A stretch of DNA of 64,000 bases from an uncultured Phycisphaerales bacterium (lineage in GTDB: Bacteria; Planctomycetota; Phycisphaerae; Sedimentisphaerales; Anaerobacaceae), in contig OY970359.1 in NCBI GenBank assembly GCA_963718665.1, positions 1,440,001 through 1,504,000 of the forward strand, given 5' to 3'. The translations under genes and the position numbers were made by a program. Below the pieces are notes generated by a model. It had not been told where the DNA came from, searched no databases, and was given only the letters and a program-made list of their open reading frames with translations. This document shows positions 48,806 to 57,742 of this stretch, in pieces; position 1 is the stretch's first letter, and each line of letters opens with the position of its first letter.

Positions 48806-50464
48806 CTATTGTTCGGCTGTCTTCTGCTCCTTCGATTTTGAAAGAACTCTCACCGTCTCGTTTATCGATGTAATCCCCGCGATGACCTTCAGCAGTCCCT
48901 GCTCCTGGAGATACAGCATTTTAGCCCGCCTCAATTCGGTTCCAACGTCTGAAAGCGACTTTGCCTGCTTAATCGCGTTTCGCAGATGGTCGTTCAACAT
49001 AATGGTCTCAAAAATGCACATTCTGCCGAAGTATCCTGTTTCCTGGCAGCTTTCACAGGGGAATGGTTTTCCCCGCTTGTCGTAAACCACTTTGCCGGTG
49101 CGATAAAGGACCTTAGCTCTCTCTGCCGGGATGTTGAACTTGTGCAGAAGGTCGCTGTTCGGTTCGTATGCCTGTTTGCACTTCTCGCAGAGCTTTCGAA
49201 GCAAACGCTGGTTGCACATTCCCAGAAGATGCTCAATTGCCTTATTCTTGTCGCCGACGAGCTTAATCCATTTGGCCAATGCCTTGAGGGCATTTTCCTC
49301 CTCGATGACGACGTAAACAAGCTTGTTTTCCGCTGCCCCACAGGCGATTTGGGCTGTTTCGACGTCCTCACAATCCGCGACACCAACAATGTCCGGGTCC
49401 ATACGTACCATCGACTGAAGCTTTCTGCCGTATGTAGTTATGCCGCTGTCGCCCAGAACATAGATATTTTGCGTTATGTTGGGCAATTTGCCCGACGGCT
49501 GTCTCTCTAACGTCGTTATGCCGTTGAGAAACGCATCGTGACTCCGCAGCAGCGTATAGAAAGTCGTCGTCACGCCGCTGTTTTTGGGGCCCGAAACGAT
49601 AAACACTCCCTTTTTAGTGCCATGCAGCGTCCCGAGCTGTTCGAACTGGTCGGCGGTCAGGCCCAGGTCGCTGAGCTTGGTTATATTCTGCTGGGTTACC
49701 AGTTTCGCTCGCATTTGCTCGCCTGCGTTTGACCCGGCGGTCATCAACTCCCAGTCGATTCTCTTGCCCTGTTTGAAAATCGTGAACTTGCCCTTCTGCG
49801 GTTTTCGCTTTTCCTCCATATCCAGGTTAGCCAAATTTTTCACGAAGCGAAGCAGGTAGTCCATCTGATCTTTAGCGACAGCCGGCTGCTTCATAGCCGT
49901 CCCGTCGATGTAATACACGACATCGTAATTTTGCGGCGTCGGTGTGCAAACAATGTCATACGCTCTGCGATACAATGCGTCATCAAACAAGCTGTATGCC
50001 GCCTTGTATCCGAAATAGTCCGGCGTCTTCGCCTCGGGCACAGAAACCTCGTTGTTGTTGGCAGTGATAAACACGTAAGCCGCGACCGGCTCTTTCTTTT
50101 TTATGCTGCCCAGGAGCATATCTTTGATGTAGTCCGCTGTAAGCACACGCTGAAACTCGGGAACCGCCGCATTGCGGTGCATAACATAGCTGATGGTTGC
50201 GGCGCCTGTTGCGATAATATAAAACGCAAGACCTATAGCGAAAATCGGAATCAGAAGCCAGATAAGCCCGGCCGCGGCCCATACCCCGAAAACCACTCCC
50301 GTCCAGAACGTATATTTTGTTCCTATCGCCTCGGCGTCCTTATAGACCCAGTCGATAATGAACAACCAGCCGAAATATAAAATTAAAAATATGGCAAACT
50401 TTATCGGCGATACGTATCCGCCATAAACAATAGCTGCTAAAATGTCAGGCATAACATACTCCAT
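48806..50464 (-). CDS. GspE/PilB-like secretion ATPase homolog with N-terminal TMs and degenerate Walker motifs
   Basis: KRKPQKG, GPKNSGVTTT, RMDPDIVGVAD, QRLLRKLCEKC...CESC..TGYFGR. Confidence 0.85.
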   Translation of the reverse strand: MEYVMPDILAAIVYGGYVSPIKFAIFLILYFGWLFIIDWVYKDAEAIGTKYTFWTGVVFGVWAAAGLIWLLIPIFAIGLAFYIIATGAATISYVMHRNAAVPEFQRVLTADYIKDMLLGSIKKKEPVAAYVFITANNNEVSVPEAKTPDYFGYKAAYSLFDDALYRRAYDIVCTPTPQNYDVVYYIDGTAMKQPAVAKDQMDYLLRFVKNLANLDMEEKRKPQKGKFTIFKQGKRIDWELMTAGSNAGEQMRAKLVTQQNITKLSDLGLTADQFEQLGTLHGTKKGVFIVSGPKNSGVTTTFYTLLRSHDAFLNGITTLERQPSGKLPNITQNIYVLGDSGITTYGRKLQSMVRMDPDIVGVADCEDVETAQIACGAAENKLVYVVIEEENALKALAKWIKLVGDKNKAIEHLLGMCNQRLLRKLCEKCKQAYEPNSDLLHKFNIPAERAKVLYRTGKVVYDKRGKPFPCESCQETGYFGRMCIFETIMLNDHLRNAIKQAKSLSDVGTELRRAKMLYLQEQGLLKVIAGITSINETVRVLSKSKEQKTAEQ

Positions 50465-50483
50465 TGCGGTATAAATTCTGTCC

Positions 50484-51620
50484 TCACAGGATGCCGCCTT
50501 TTTCCGTGCGAATACCTTTGAGGGCCATTTTCAGCTCATCCGGGTTGGGTGCGTATTTATATGCGTCCTTCGGCTCAACGTAGCCGTCCATTATCAGTTT
50601 CACCAAGCTGTCGGAGAGGTCCTGCATCCCGTCCTGGACGCATGAGCGAATCAGGTTCGGTATCTCCGCCTCACGCTTCTCGCTTATCAGCTTGCGTGCT
50701 TCGGAATTGGCAAGAAGTATCTCGTTGGCGGGCATCCGGTCAACGCCCTGCTTGACGCACGGCAGCAATACCTGGCTGATTATTGCCCGAAGCGTTACGC
50801 TCAGCGTCTGCCTGGCAAGTTCTCGCTCGACCTGCGGGAACAAATCCACCAATCGCTGAACCGCCTGCGCAGCGTTGGTTGCGTGAACCGTCCCGAACAC
50901 CAAATGACCCGTCTCTGATGCCCGCATACCCGCCGATACCGTCTTGGCGTCGCGTAATTCCCCGATAAACACAACATCAGGGTCCTCTCGCATCAGGTAC
51001 GTCAACGCCTGGTCGTAATCAGGAACGTCAATGCCGACCTCGCGCTGTGAAACTAACGCCTTTTTATCCTTGATGTAATACTCAATCGGGTCCTCGATTG
51101 TAACGATATGACAGGAATGCGAGGCGTTGATGTAATCTATCATTGATACTGCCGTTGTCGTCTTGCCGCTGCCCGTAGGGCCTACTACCAGCACAAGCCC
51201 CTGGTTGCTGTCGGCTATCTTTTTCAGCATCGCGGGCAGGTAAAGCTGCTCTATCGTGGGCACGTCCGTATTGACCCTTCTGGCTACCAAACTCACCATT
51301 CCACGCTGCCGGAATATATTTACGCGAAATCGGTCCTCTTCCGACACCCCGTATGAAAAATCAAGCGTCCCATTTTTGGCGAAAGATTGCCTCTGCTCCT
51401 CGCTTAGTATCTCGGAGGTCAACTGCTCAAGGCGCTCCTCAGTCAACGTCTCACCCGTTGTGCTGCGAAGCTCATCCTGTATTCGCAATCTGGCCGGCTG
51501 TCCCGCCTTAAGGTGTAAATCACTGGCACGTGTCTTTATCGCCACACGGAAAAACTTGTTTATCTCCGGCTCTCGCTTTTGCGATGCGTCCTGCCCAGCG
51601 ATTTGTCCCGAATCGTCCAT
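50484..51620 (-). CDS. pilT: PilT/PilU type IV pilus retraction ATPase
   Basis: ASDLHL, GPTGSGKTTT, TIEDPIE, REDPDV.FIGELRD, ETGHLVFGTVH. Confidence 0.93.
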   Translation of the reverse strand: MDDSGQIAGQDASQKREPEINKFFRVAIKTRASDLHLKAGQPARLRIQDELRSTTGETLTEERLEQLTSEILSEEQRQSFAKNGTLDFSYGVSEEDRFRVNIFRQRGMVSLVARRVNTDVPTIEQLYLPAMLKKIADSNQGLVLVVGPTGSGKTTTAVSMIDYINASHSCHIVTIEDPIEYYIKDKKALVSQREVGIDVPDYDQALTYLMREDPDVVFIGELRDAKTVSAGMRASETGHLVFGTVHATNAAQAVQRLVDLFPQVERELARQTLSVTLRAIISQVLLPCVKQGVDRMPANEILLANSEARKLISEKREAEIPNLIRSCVQDGMQDLSDSLVKLIMDGYVEPKDAYKYAPNPDELKMALKGIRTEKGGIL

Positions 51621-51824
51621 AATCAAACCGAAATTTGCGGCATTTTTCCGCCTCTAACCGGCTTTTGTACCCAACGAGGGGCATTCACCCATTGTATTAT
51701 AGGCCATTTAATATAGGATATTTACAGCGATTTGTCAACCGCGACAACCTCATTTTTTACCCCCCCCCTTTGCCGCCCGATTGCCTTTACTTTTCCACCG
51801 AGGGTCTGTATTATATCCTCATCC

Positions 51825-51896
51825 GCCGATGTAGCTCAATGGTAGAGCACGGCTTTCGTAAAGCCGGGGTTATGGGTTCAAGTCCCGTCATCGGCT
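51825..51896 (+). tRNA. tRNA-Thr(CGT)
   Basis: GCCGATG/CATCGGC acceptor stem, D arm GCTC-AATGGTA-GAGC, anticodon arm CGGCT-TTCGTAA-AGCCG, T loop GGTTCAAGTCC; CCA not encoded. Confidence 0.96.
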
Positions 51897-51959
51897 ATTG
51901 CGTTTTGAACCAATCACCACCGCGAGATGGCTTATCGATAATTTATTTGGAGCTGGATT

Positions 51960-52394
51960 ATGAATAACGCGGATAAAGCGGCAGGGATATTCAAAGAGGG
52001 TTTTTCGTGTTCGATGGCGGTGCTTGCGACCTACTGCGAACAGTTCGGCCTGGATAAAAACCTGGCATACAAGGTCAGCTCCGGCTTCGGCGGCGGTATG
52101 CACTTGGACCAGACCTGCGGAGCCGTAACCGGCACATTTATGGTCCTCGGTCTCAAATTCGGCAGAACAAGGGCCGACGATATCGAAGCCAAAATGAAAG
52201 TCGCCAAATTAACAAATGAATTCGCCAAAAAATTCAAGGCGCGACACGGCTCAATCCGCTGCACCGACCTAATCGGCTGCAATATCAGCACCCAGCTGGG
52301 TTTCGAAGAGGCCCAAAAGAAAGACCTTTTCAAACAGCTCTGCCCCAAATACGTAATATCCGCCGCGGAAATTTTAGATGAGATGCTCGGTTAA
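51960..52394 (+). CDS. C-GCAxxG-C-C family (putative redox) protein
   Basis: GFSCSMAV, GFGGGM, TCGAVTG, GSIRC..L, C..YV. Confidence 0.9.
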   Translation: MNNADKAAGIFKEGFSCSMAVLATYCEQFGLDKNLAYKVSSGFGGGMHLDQTCGAVTGTFMVLGLKFGRTRADDIEAKMKVAKLTNEFAKKFKARHGSIRCTDLIGCNISTQLGFEEAQKKDLFKQLCPKYVISAAEILDEMLG

Positions 52395-52398
52395 TTAT

Positions 52399-53229
52399 AT
52401 GACTGGCGACTTACAACGAAAATACGATACCCTCAAAAAAATCCTCAATGACCTCGGCTCTGTCGTCGTCGCTTATTCAGGCGGCGTTGATAGCACGCTT
52501 TTGCTCAAAGTCGCCGTCGATACCCTCGGCGCCAAAAATGTTCTCGCCTGCATCAGCGCGGGTGTCGTCGAACCAAAACACGTTCTGAAAAGGGCTAAAA
52601 AAATCGCCAAAACCATTGGCGTCCGTCTTCAAACAATCGACGCCGACGAGTTTAAAGATCCCCATTTCGTCGCTAACAAAGCGGACAGGTGCTTTCACTG
52701 CAAGAGTCATTTGTGTCAGGAGCTTTTGGATGTCGCGGCCAAAAACGGTTTGAAGCAGGTCATCTTCGGCGCAAATCTCGATGACCTCGACGATTTTCGC
52801 CCCGGCAACCGCGCGATGAAACTCTTCGGCATACGCTCCCCGCTCGCAGAAGCCAAACTTACTAAAAACGACATCCGCGCACTCAGCAGAAAACTCCGCC
52901 TCGAAACCGCCGATGTCCCCTCATCGCCCTGCCTCGCATCCCGGCTTGTTTATGGTTTACAGATAAGTGCAAAACGCCTCAGTCAAATCGAAAAAGCGGA
53001 AGATTTTCTCAGAACTCTCGGCCTCGTCGAATTCCGCGTCCGCCATCACGACGTAATCGCCCGAATCGAGGTTCATCAGAAAGATTTCAAAAAGATTATC
53101 GCCGAGCCGAACCGTTCGCTAATCATCAAAAAACTCAAATCCCTCGGCTTCAAATACATTACCATTGACCTCCAGGGCTTCCGTTCCGGTTCGTTAAACG
53201 AAACTCTCTCAAAAAACGACAAACGCTGA
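52399..53229 (+). CDS. larE: ATP-dependent sacrificial sulfur transferase LarE family
   Basis: AYSGGVDS PP-loop, RCFHCK, RPG, SPCLASR, RVRHH, GFRSGSLN. Confidence 0.92.
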   Translation: MTGDLQRKYDTLKKILNDLGSVVVAYSGGVDSTLLLKVAVDTLGAKNVLACISAGVVEPKHVLKRAKKIAKTIGVRLQTIDADEFKDPHFVANKADRCFHCKSHLCQELLDVAAKNGLKQVIFGANLDDLDDFRPGNRAMKLFGIRSPLAEAKLTKNDIRALSRKLRLETADVPSSPCLASRLVYGLQISAKRLSQIEKAEDFLRTLGLVEFRVRHHDVIARIEVHQKDFKKIIAEPNRSLIIKKLKSLGFKYITIDLQGFRSGSLNETLSKNDKR

Positions 53230-53305
53230 ACCTGTTTTTGATTCAACTAAAACCAAAACTCTTGCCGAAATAATATCGTAGGCGTCATTAATACCGCCCA
53301 TACTT

Positions 53306-53824
53306 ATGAAAACTATATCGTTTCCGACAAAACCGTTTTTTGTTCTTGCAATCGCATTTTACGCCGGCTGCTCAACCCAGCCGCCAGGCGCCGATTCCTC
53401 ACCCGCGTTATTCCATGATTCCACCCCGTGCTCCCATTTCGGCCCCGCTCGAATCGACGTCCTCCCCATCACCTCCATCGCCCCCGCCTCTGCCGCCGGC
53501 CGCGACGCCACTATTAACGCCTACGTTTGCCTTATCGATACCTTCGATTCTCAAATCAAGGCCCCTGTTATCTTCCGCTTTGAACTCTTTCAGCGGCTCC
53601 AACGTTCCGCCGACCCAAAAGGCAAACGTCTAATCGTCTGGCCTGATATTGACCTTACCGACCCGGCTGTTAACAGCAATCTCTGGCAGGACTTCCTCCG
53701 TGCATATCTTTTTTCCCTGCCGCTGCAAAAAACCTCCGCCGAAAACTGCATTCTCCACGTTACCGTTATCTGCCCCTCAGGCAAACGCCTCAGCGCTGAT
53801 TTTATCGTCCGCACAAAATCGTAA
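53306..53824 (+). CDS. Hypothetical lipoprotein
   Basis: Lipobox YAGC after a hydrophobic stretch. Confidence 0.7.
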   Translation: MKTISFPTKPFFVLAIAFYAGCSTQPPGADSSPALFHDSTPCSHFGPARIDVLPITSIAPASAAGRDATINAYVCLIDTFDSQIKAPVIFRFELFQRLQRSADPKGKRLIVWPDIDLTDPAVNSNLWQDFLRAYLFSLPLQKTSAENCILHVTVICPSGKRLSADFIVRTKS

Positions 53825-53921
53825 TAGAAAAAATGCGACGGGTTTTATTCCGCCGCATCTTCATCAGTTCAAAACAAACTTAGTGTCTTTTTATTCGCTG
53901 AAAATGCCTGCTTTTTTGTTA

Positions 53922-54650
53922 TCAGTGTTTGCCAAACTTATCAATCAGCCGAATCATTTCGGCTGTCGCTTCTCGTATCCCGACAAACATACTTCTGGCG
54001 ATGATGCTGTGCCCAATATTTAATTCACTCAGGTCTTCCATTGCGGCAATTGGGCCGATATTGCGATACGTTAATCCATGCCCAGCGTGCACAATCATTC
54101 CCTTTTTTATGCCCAGGTCTCTGCCCGCCTCCAGCCACTTGAGATGCTGGTAAATATCTTTTTTGGTTTTTGCGTTGGCATATTGGCCGGTGTGAAGCTC
54201 GATGGCGTCGCAGCCGAATCTTGCCGCGGCGGCTATCTGCTCTTTTTCCGGCGTGATAAACGCGCTGACGAGGATGCCCTTTGCGTGCATTCGCCTGACG
54301 ACCTCTTTCAGGCGGGTGCCGCAGGATACGCAATCGAGTCCGCCCTCGGTGGTCAATTCCGCTCTTTTTTCCGGCACAAGCGTTACCTGCTGGGGTTCAA
54401 TCCCTTCGGCTATGCGGACAATTTCTTCTTCCATCGACATTTCGAGATTGAATTTGGACGCAATCGTCTCTTTAAGCACCTGCACATCGCGGTCGTTAAT
54501 ATGCCGCCTGTCCTGTCGAAGATGGGTAGTTATCCCGTTGGCCCCGGCTAATTCACATTCCGCCGCCGCCCAGACAGGGTCCGGCTCATCGGCACGTCTG
54601 GCCTGTCTTACCGTCGCTATGTGGTCGATATTTACATTTAGAACTGCCAT
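53922..54650 (-). CDS. pdxJ: Pyridoxine 5'-phosphate synthase
   Basis: LNVNIDHIATVRQAR, HLRQDRRHI, ELTTEGGL, ELHTG, HAGHGL, LNIGH. Confidence 0.97.
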   Translation of the reverse strand: MAVLNVNIDHIATVRQARRADEPDPVWAAAECELAGANGITTHLRQDRRHINDRDVQVLKETIASKFNLEMSMEEEIVRIAEGIEPQQVTLVPEKRAELTTEGGLDCVSCGTRLKEVVRRMHAKGILVSAFITPEKEQIAAAARFGCDAIELHTGQYANAKTKKDIYQHLKWLEAGRDLGIKKGMIVHAGHGLTYRNIGPIAAMEDLSELNIGHSIIARSMFVGIREATAEMIRLIDKFGKH

Positions 54651-54792
54651 ATTATTTACCTTAAAAGCGGGTCAATTATAACGCTTCCGCCGATATCAGC
54701 AAGATTATAAGTTGGCGGATTGTGTTTTGTCTCGGTATAATTCAGCACAGGCGAGGCAAGAAGAAATAACTATAATAAATCGCGAATAGACA

Positions 54793-55413
54793 ATGACATT
54801 AAGCTGGGCAAACAGAATAACCATTCTGAGGATACTGCTGATAGCGCCGTTTGTCATTTGTATGCTCCAGATAAACGATGCCGAACTGAGCGAGTATATC
54901 CGGCACCTGATTCGGTATTCAGCCGTAGCGATATTTTTTCTAATGGCGATAAGCGACTGTATTGACGGGTATTTAGCGCGTAAAAACGGGAATGCGACCA
55001 GGTTAGGGGCATTTCTTGACCCGACGGCCGACAAGTTGCTTATCACCTCCGCGTGCCTGCTGCTTGCCTCGCGCCACGCCGGGGTTACCGGCTTCATTCT
55101 GCCGCCGACCGTGGTCGTGCTGATTATCGGCAAAGACGTCCTCATATTTCTCGGCTTTTTGATTGTCTATTTTCTTACTGACAGAGTCCGCGTTGTTCCG
55201 GCCTTCGCGGGAAAGGCGTCCACGGCTCTTCAGTTGTCAATGGTTGCGGCGATACTAATTGCGCCGGAGGTCTCCGCGGTTCTTCCCGGCTGGGTTTATT
55301 TTGTGCAGGTCTTATGGTGGTCTGCGGCAGGAGCGGCGGTCCTGGCAACGCTTGTCTATATACGCACGGGCTCAAAATTCATCGAACAGTACGAGCAGCA
55401 CAATAATCATTAA
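54793..55413 (+). CDS. pgsA: CDP-alcohol phosphatidyltransferase (PgsA-like)
   Basis: ANRITILR; DCIDGYLAR...TRLGAFLDPTADK signature. Confidence 0.88.
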   Translation: MTLSWANRITILRILLIAPFVICMLQINDAELSEYIRHLIRYSAVAIFFLMAISDCIDGYLARKNGNATRLGAFLDPTADKLLITSACLLLASRHAGVTGFILPPTVVVLIIGKDVLIFLGFLIVYFLTDRVRVVPAFAGKASTALQLSMVAAILIAPEVSAVLPGWVYFVQVLWWSAAGAAVLATLVYIRTGSKFIEQYEQHNNH

Positions 55414-55459
55414 CGGGGTTTATCCGCTTATTTTTCCGGCCCGATGACGACGGCTGCAC

Positions 55460-55735
55460 CGTAACAGAGAATCTCAGTTGCCGAACTTTTGCCAGTCAGA
55501 CCTTTACACTGTCCGCAGCCGGCTTTACGGCCAAGCCGGGTAGGTCCTATAAATGCGGCAAAGCAGCCGCGGCCGAGGATGGTCTGATAACAGCGGCGAT
55601 AGGCCTCAATAAATGCACCTTTACGAGCAATAAAGGGGACCGATCTCGACGTTACGTCGTGAAAGCGGTATTCCGATCAGGTTTTTCCTGATTCGACGAG
55701 AATATTTCCCTGAATGTAACACAGAAAAAATTTAG
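55460..55735 (+). pseudogene. Degenerate remnant of the C-terminal region shared by the three downstream secreted proteins
   Basis: From 55496: QTFTLSAAGFTAKPGRSYKCGKAAAAEDGLITAAIGLNKCTF aligns with QVFRVPQGGFTAFKTGHLYKCSKAAA...TAQVDIDKATF; no start, internal stop. Confidence 0.65.
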
Positions 55736-55947
55736 ATTCAATTTCAGTTGGTAGGGACTCCTTGTCGATATTATACTTTGCTACGGAAGAAGACGTGTAT
55801 TAACAAATGACGGCCACCCCGATAAATATCGATAATGCCTTTGTAGTTTGTCTGCTGAGTTATAGGGCGCACCCCAAAATGTGAAGTTGGCAGCGCTCTT
55901 TGAAACCGGAATCAGAAGAAGATTGAATTTATTAGGAGATTACGAAA

Positions 55948-57528
55948 ATGTCATCAAACACAAGAAAAACAACTCTTACTAAAGCCATCTGTGTCCGGTC
56001 AACTGTGATTGTTGTATGTCTTGCCATGATGCTGGGTTTTGCTTCTACGGGTTACGGTGACGTCATACTGGGTAATTTCGAGAACGCAGACAGCAACGAC
56101 GGCTGGGTTCCCGGGTCGAATGACCCATGCGCCATTCTTGTTCCTGATTGCAACATAGGCGTCACATTGGGCCACGGGAGCCTCAAATTAACACCTGGCA
56201 CTGCTGGTGCCTACTACGGGCTTGGATGGGCAACGACTGAGTCAAGCCAAGTTTTGAATTTAACCGACGCAAATCTTCAGTTTGACCTGACAATGGTCGC
56301 TTCAGAATGGAGCAACGGCGCATGGACTCAGGTAGGTGATAAAATCGCGGTAAACAGCAATGGTCCTTCCGGCTGGAAGGAGTACGGACCAGCTTCCACC
56401 AGTTTATTGGCATATTCGTTTATAGACAGGGATACCGGCCTACCTACCGATAGATGGTGGGGTCCATGGGAAGGTGATGCGAACAAGACGTACAGCTATG
56501 ACATTTCGGACTACGATGCGACAAATGCTACCTGGATGCAAATTTATATCTCCGTTCAGGATGGTAACCTTATCGGCGGCGGGCATTTCTACTTCGATAA
56601 TATACGGCTGGTAACCCCGAATATGGTAATTTCCAAGTGTACGGTAACGGCCGGCAAAACCCAGGCCTCAAGTGATACCGATTACAGTAACATGGCTGAT
56701 GCCTTTACGGCATCGGGAACCTTTGTCCCGCCAGACTTCAACACATTTAAAGATGCCAACGCGGTGGTGGTCACAATTACCTCGACGACCGATGATTATC
56801 CTTACACTGAAACTTTGAGCGATTTCAGCCCGACGGCAGTGAACAGCAAACACAAGTACACACACACGGGCAAACTTGTCAAAGGCCAGGAGGGGAAAAT
56901 TACCTCCCTTACGCTGGATTTCCGTAAAGGAAAGTTTGCGATAGCAGCAAAGAATATCGACCTGACAGGTCTTGCCAGTCCGCTTGAGTTGACACTTGCT
57001 ATGGGCAGCAGTGAACTGATTGGGCATGCCAATGAATTGATTATCAACGGCCCAACAAAGACGATACCTACTCGTCTTATGCGGATGTATAAAGACACGC
57101 TCATAGTTACGCCCGGCAAGACAAAGGTCAAGAGTAGCGCCAAGGCGTCGTCTGATTCGCTGTCGGTTACGGGTGAAATCGCGGTGAAAGACATCAATAC
57201 AACCCAGCCGAACCTGAACAATGAACAAGTCGTCATTACATGGGGCGACCAGAATGATGCCAACAACGTTCAGACCTTCACGATTCCGACAAACAGCTTC
57301 AAGATTCCCACGACGGGGCATTTATACAAGCTCAACAAAAATATTGAGCCGAACGTAGCTCCTGTTGCCGACTCTAACACCATAGTGAGCGGCACAATCG
57401 ACCTTGATAAATGCACATTTGCGTTGTCGATAACGAAGGCGGACATTAATACTGTGCCCTCCGGCCTGGCGAAGTTCGGCATTGCGTTCGGCGATTTCAA
57501 CGAGGTAGCCGACGTTACTTTGCCTTGA
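55948..57528 (+). CDS. Secreted protein: CBM-like beta-sandwich + shared C-terminal region
   Basis: Signal peptide; Trp-rich domain ending FYFDNIRL; CTVTAGKTQ...IPTRLMR...FGDFNE. Confidence 0.75.
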   Translation: MSSNTRKTTLTKAICVRSTVIVVCLAMMLGFASTGYGDVILGNFENADSNDGWVPGSNDPCAILVPDCNIGVTLGHGSLKLTPGTAGAYYGLGWATTESSQVLNLTDANLQFDLTMVASEWSNGAWTQVGDKIAVNSNGPSGWKEYGPASTSLLAYSFIDRDTGLPTDRWWGPWEGDANKTYSYDISDYDATNATWMQIYISVQDGNLIGGGHFYFDNIRLVTPNMVISKCTVTAGKTQASSDTDYSNMADAFTASGTFVPPDFNTFKDANAVVVTITSTTDDYPYTETLSDFSPTAVNSKHKYTHTGKLVKGQEGKITSLTLDFRKGKFAIAAKNIDLTGLASPLELTLAMGSSELIGHANELIINGPTKTIPTRLMRMYKDTLIVTPGKTKVKSSAKASSDSLSVTGEIAVKDINTTQPNLNNEQVVITWGDQNDANNVQTFTIPTNSFKIPTTGHLYKLNKNIEPNVAPVADSNTIVSGTIDLDKCTFALSITKADINTVPSGLAKFGIAFGDFNEVADVTLP

Positions 57529-57595
57529 AGCCCTAACCACCGGCGGATTAGCGGGATGTCAGGCGTAGATACGACAGTTAATGAAAGTACACAGG

Positions 57596-57637
57596 AACCG
57601 ATTACGGTGAAACAACCAACACCGTAATCGGTTTTTC
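57596..57637 (+). terminator. 14-bp stem terminator-like hairpin
   Basis: AACCGATTACGGTG-N10-CACCGTAATCGGTT followed by TTT. Confidence 0.75.
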
Positions 57638-57742
57638 TGCTGGATTTACGGGCCAAGCAAAAGATGCATCTGCCAGGAAAGGTTCTTTTTCGATAGTTTT
57701 AAGAAAATCGGGAAGGCAGCTTATTTAATAAGGGCGATAGCG

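Noticed and set aside
51825..51960. Island integrated at tRNA-Thr
   Set aside because: No integrase, no duplicated tRNA 3' end seen in the window, and downstream genes look native
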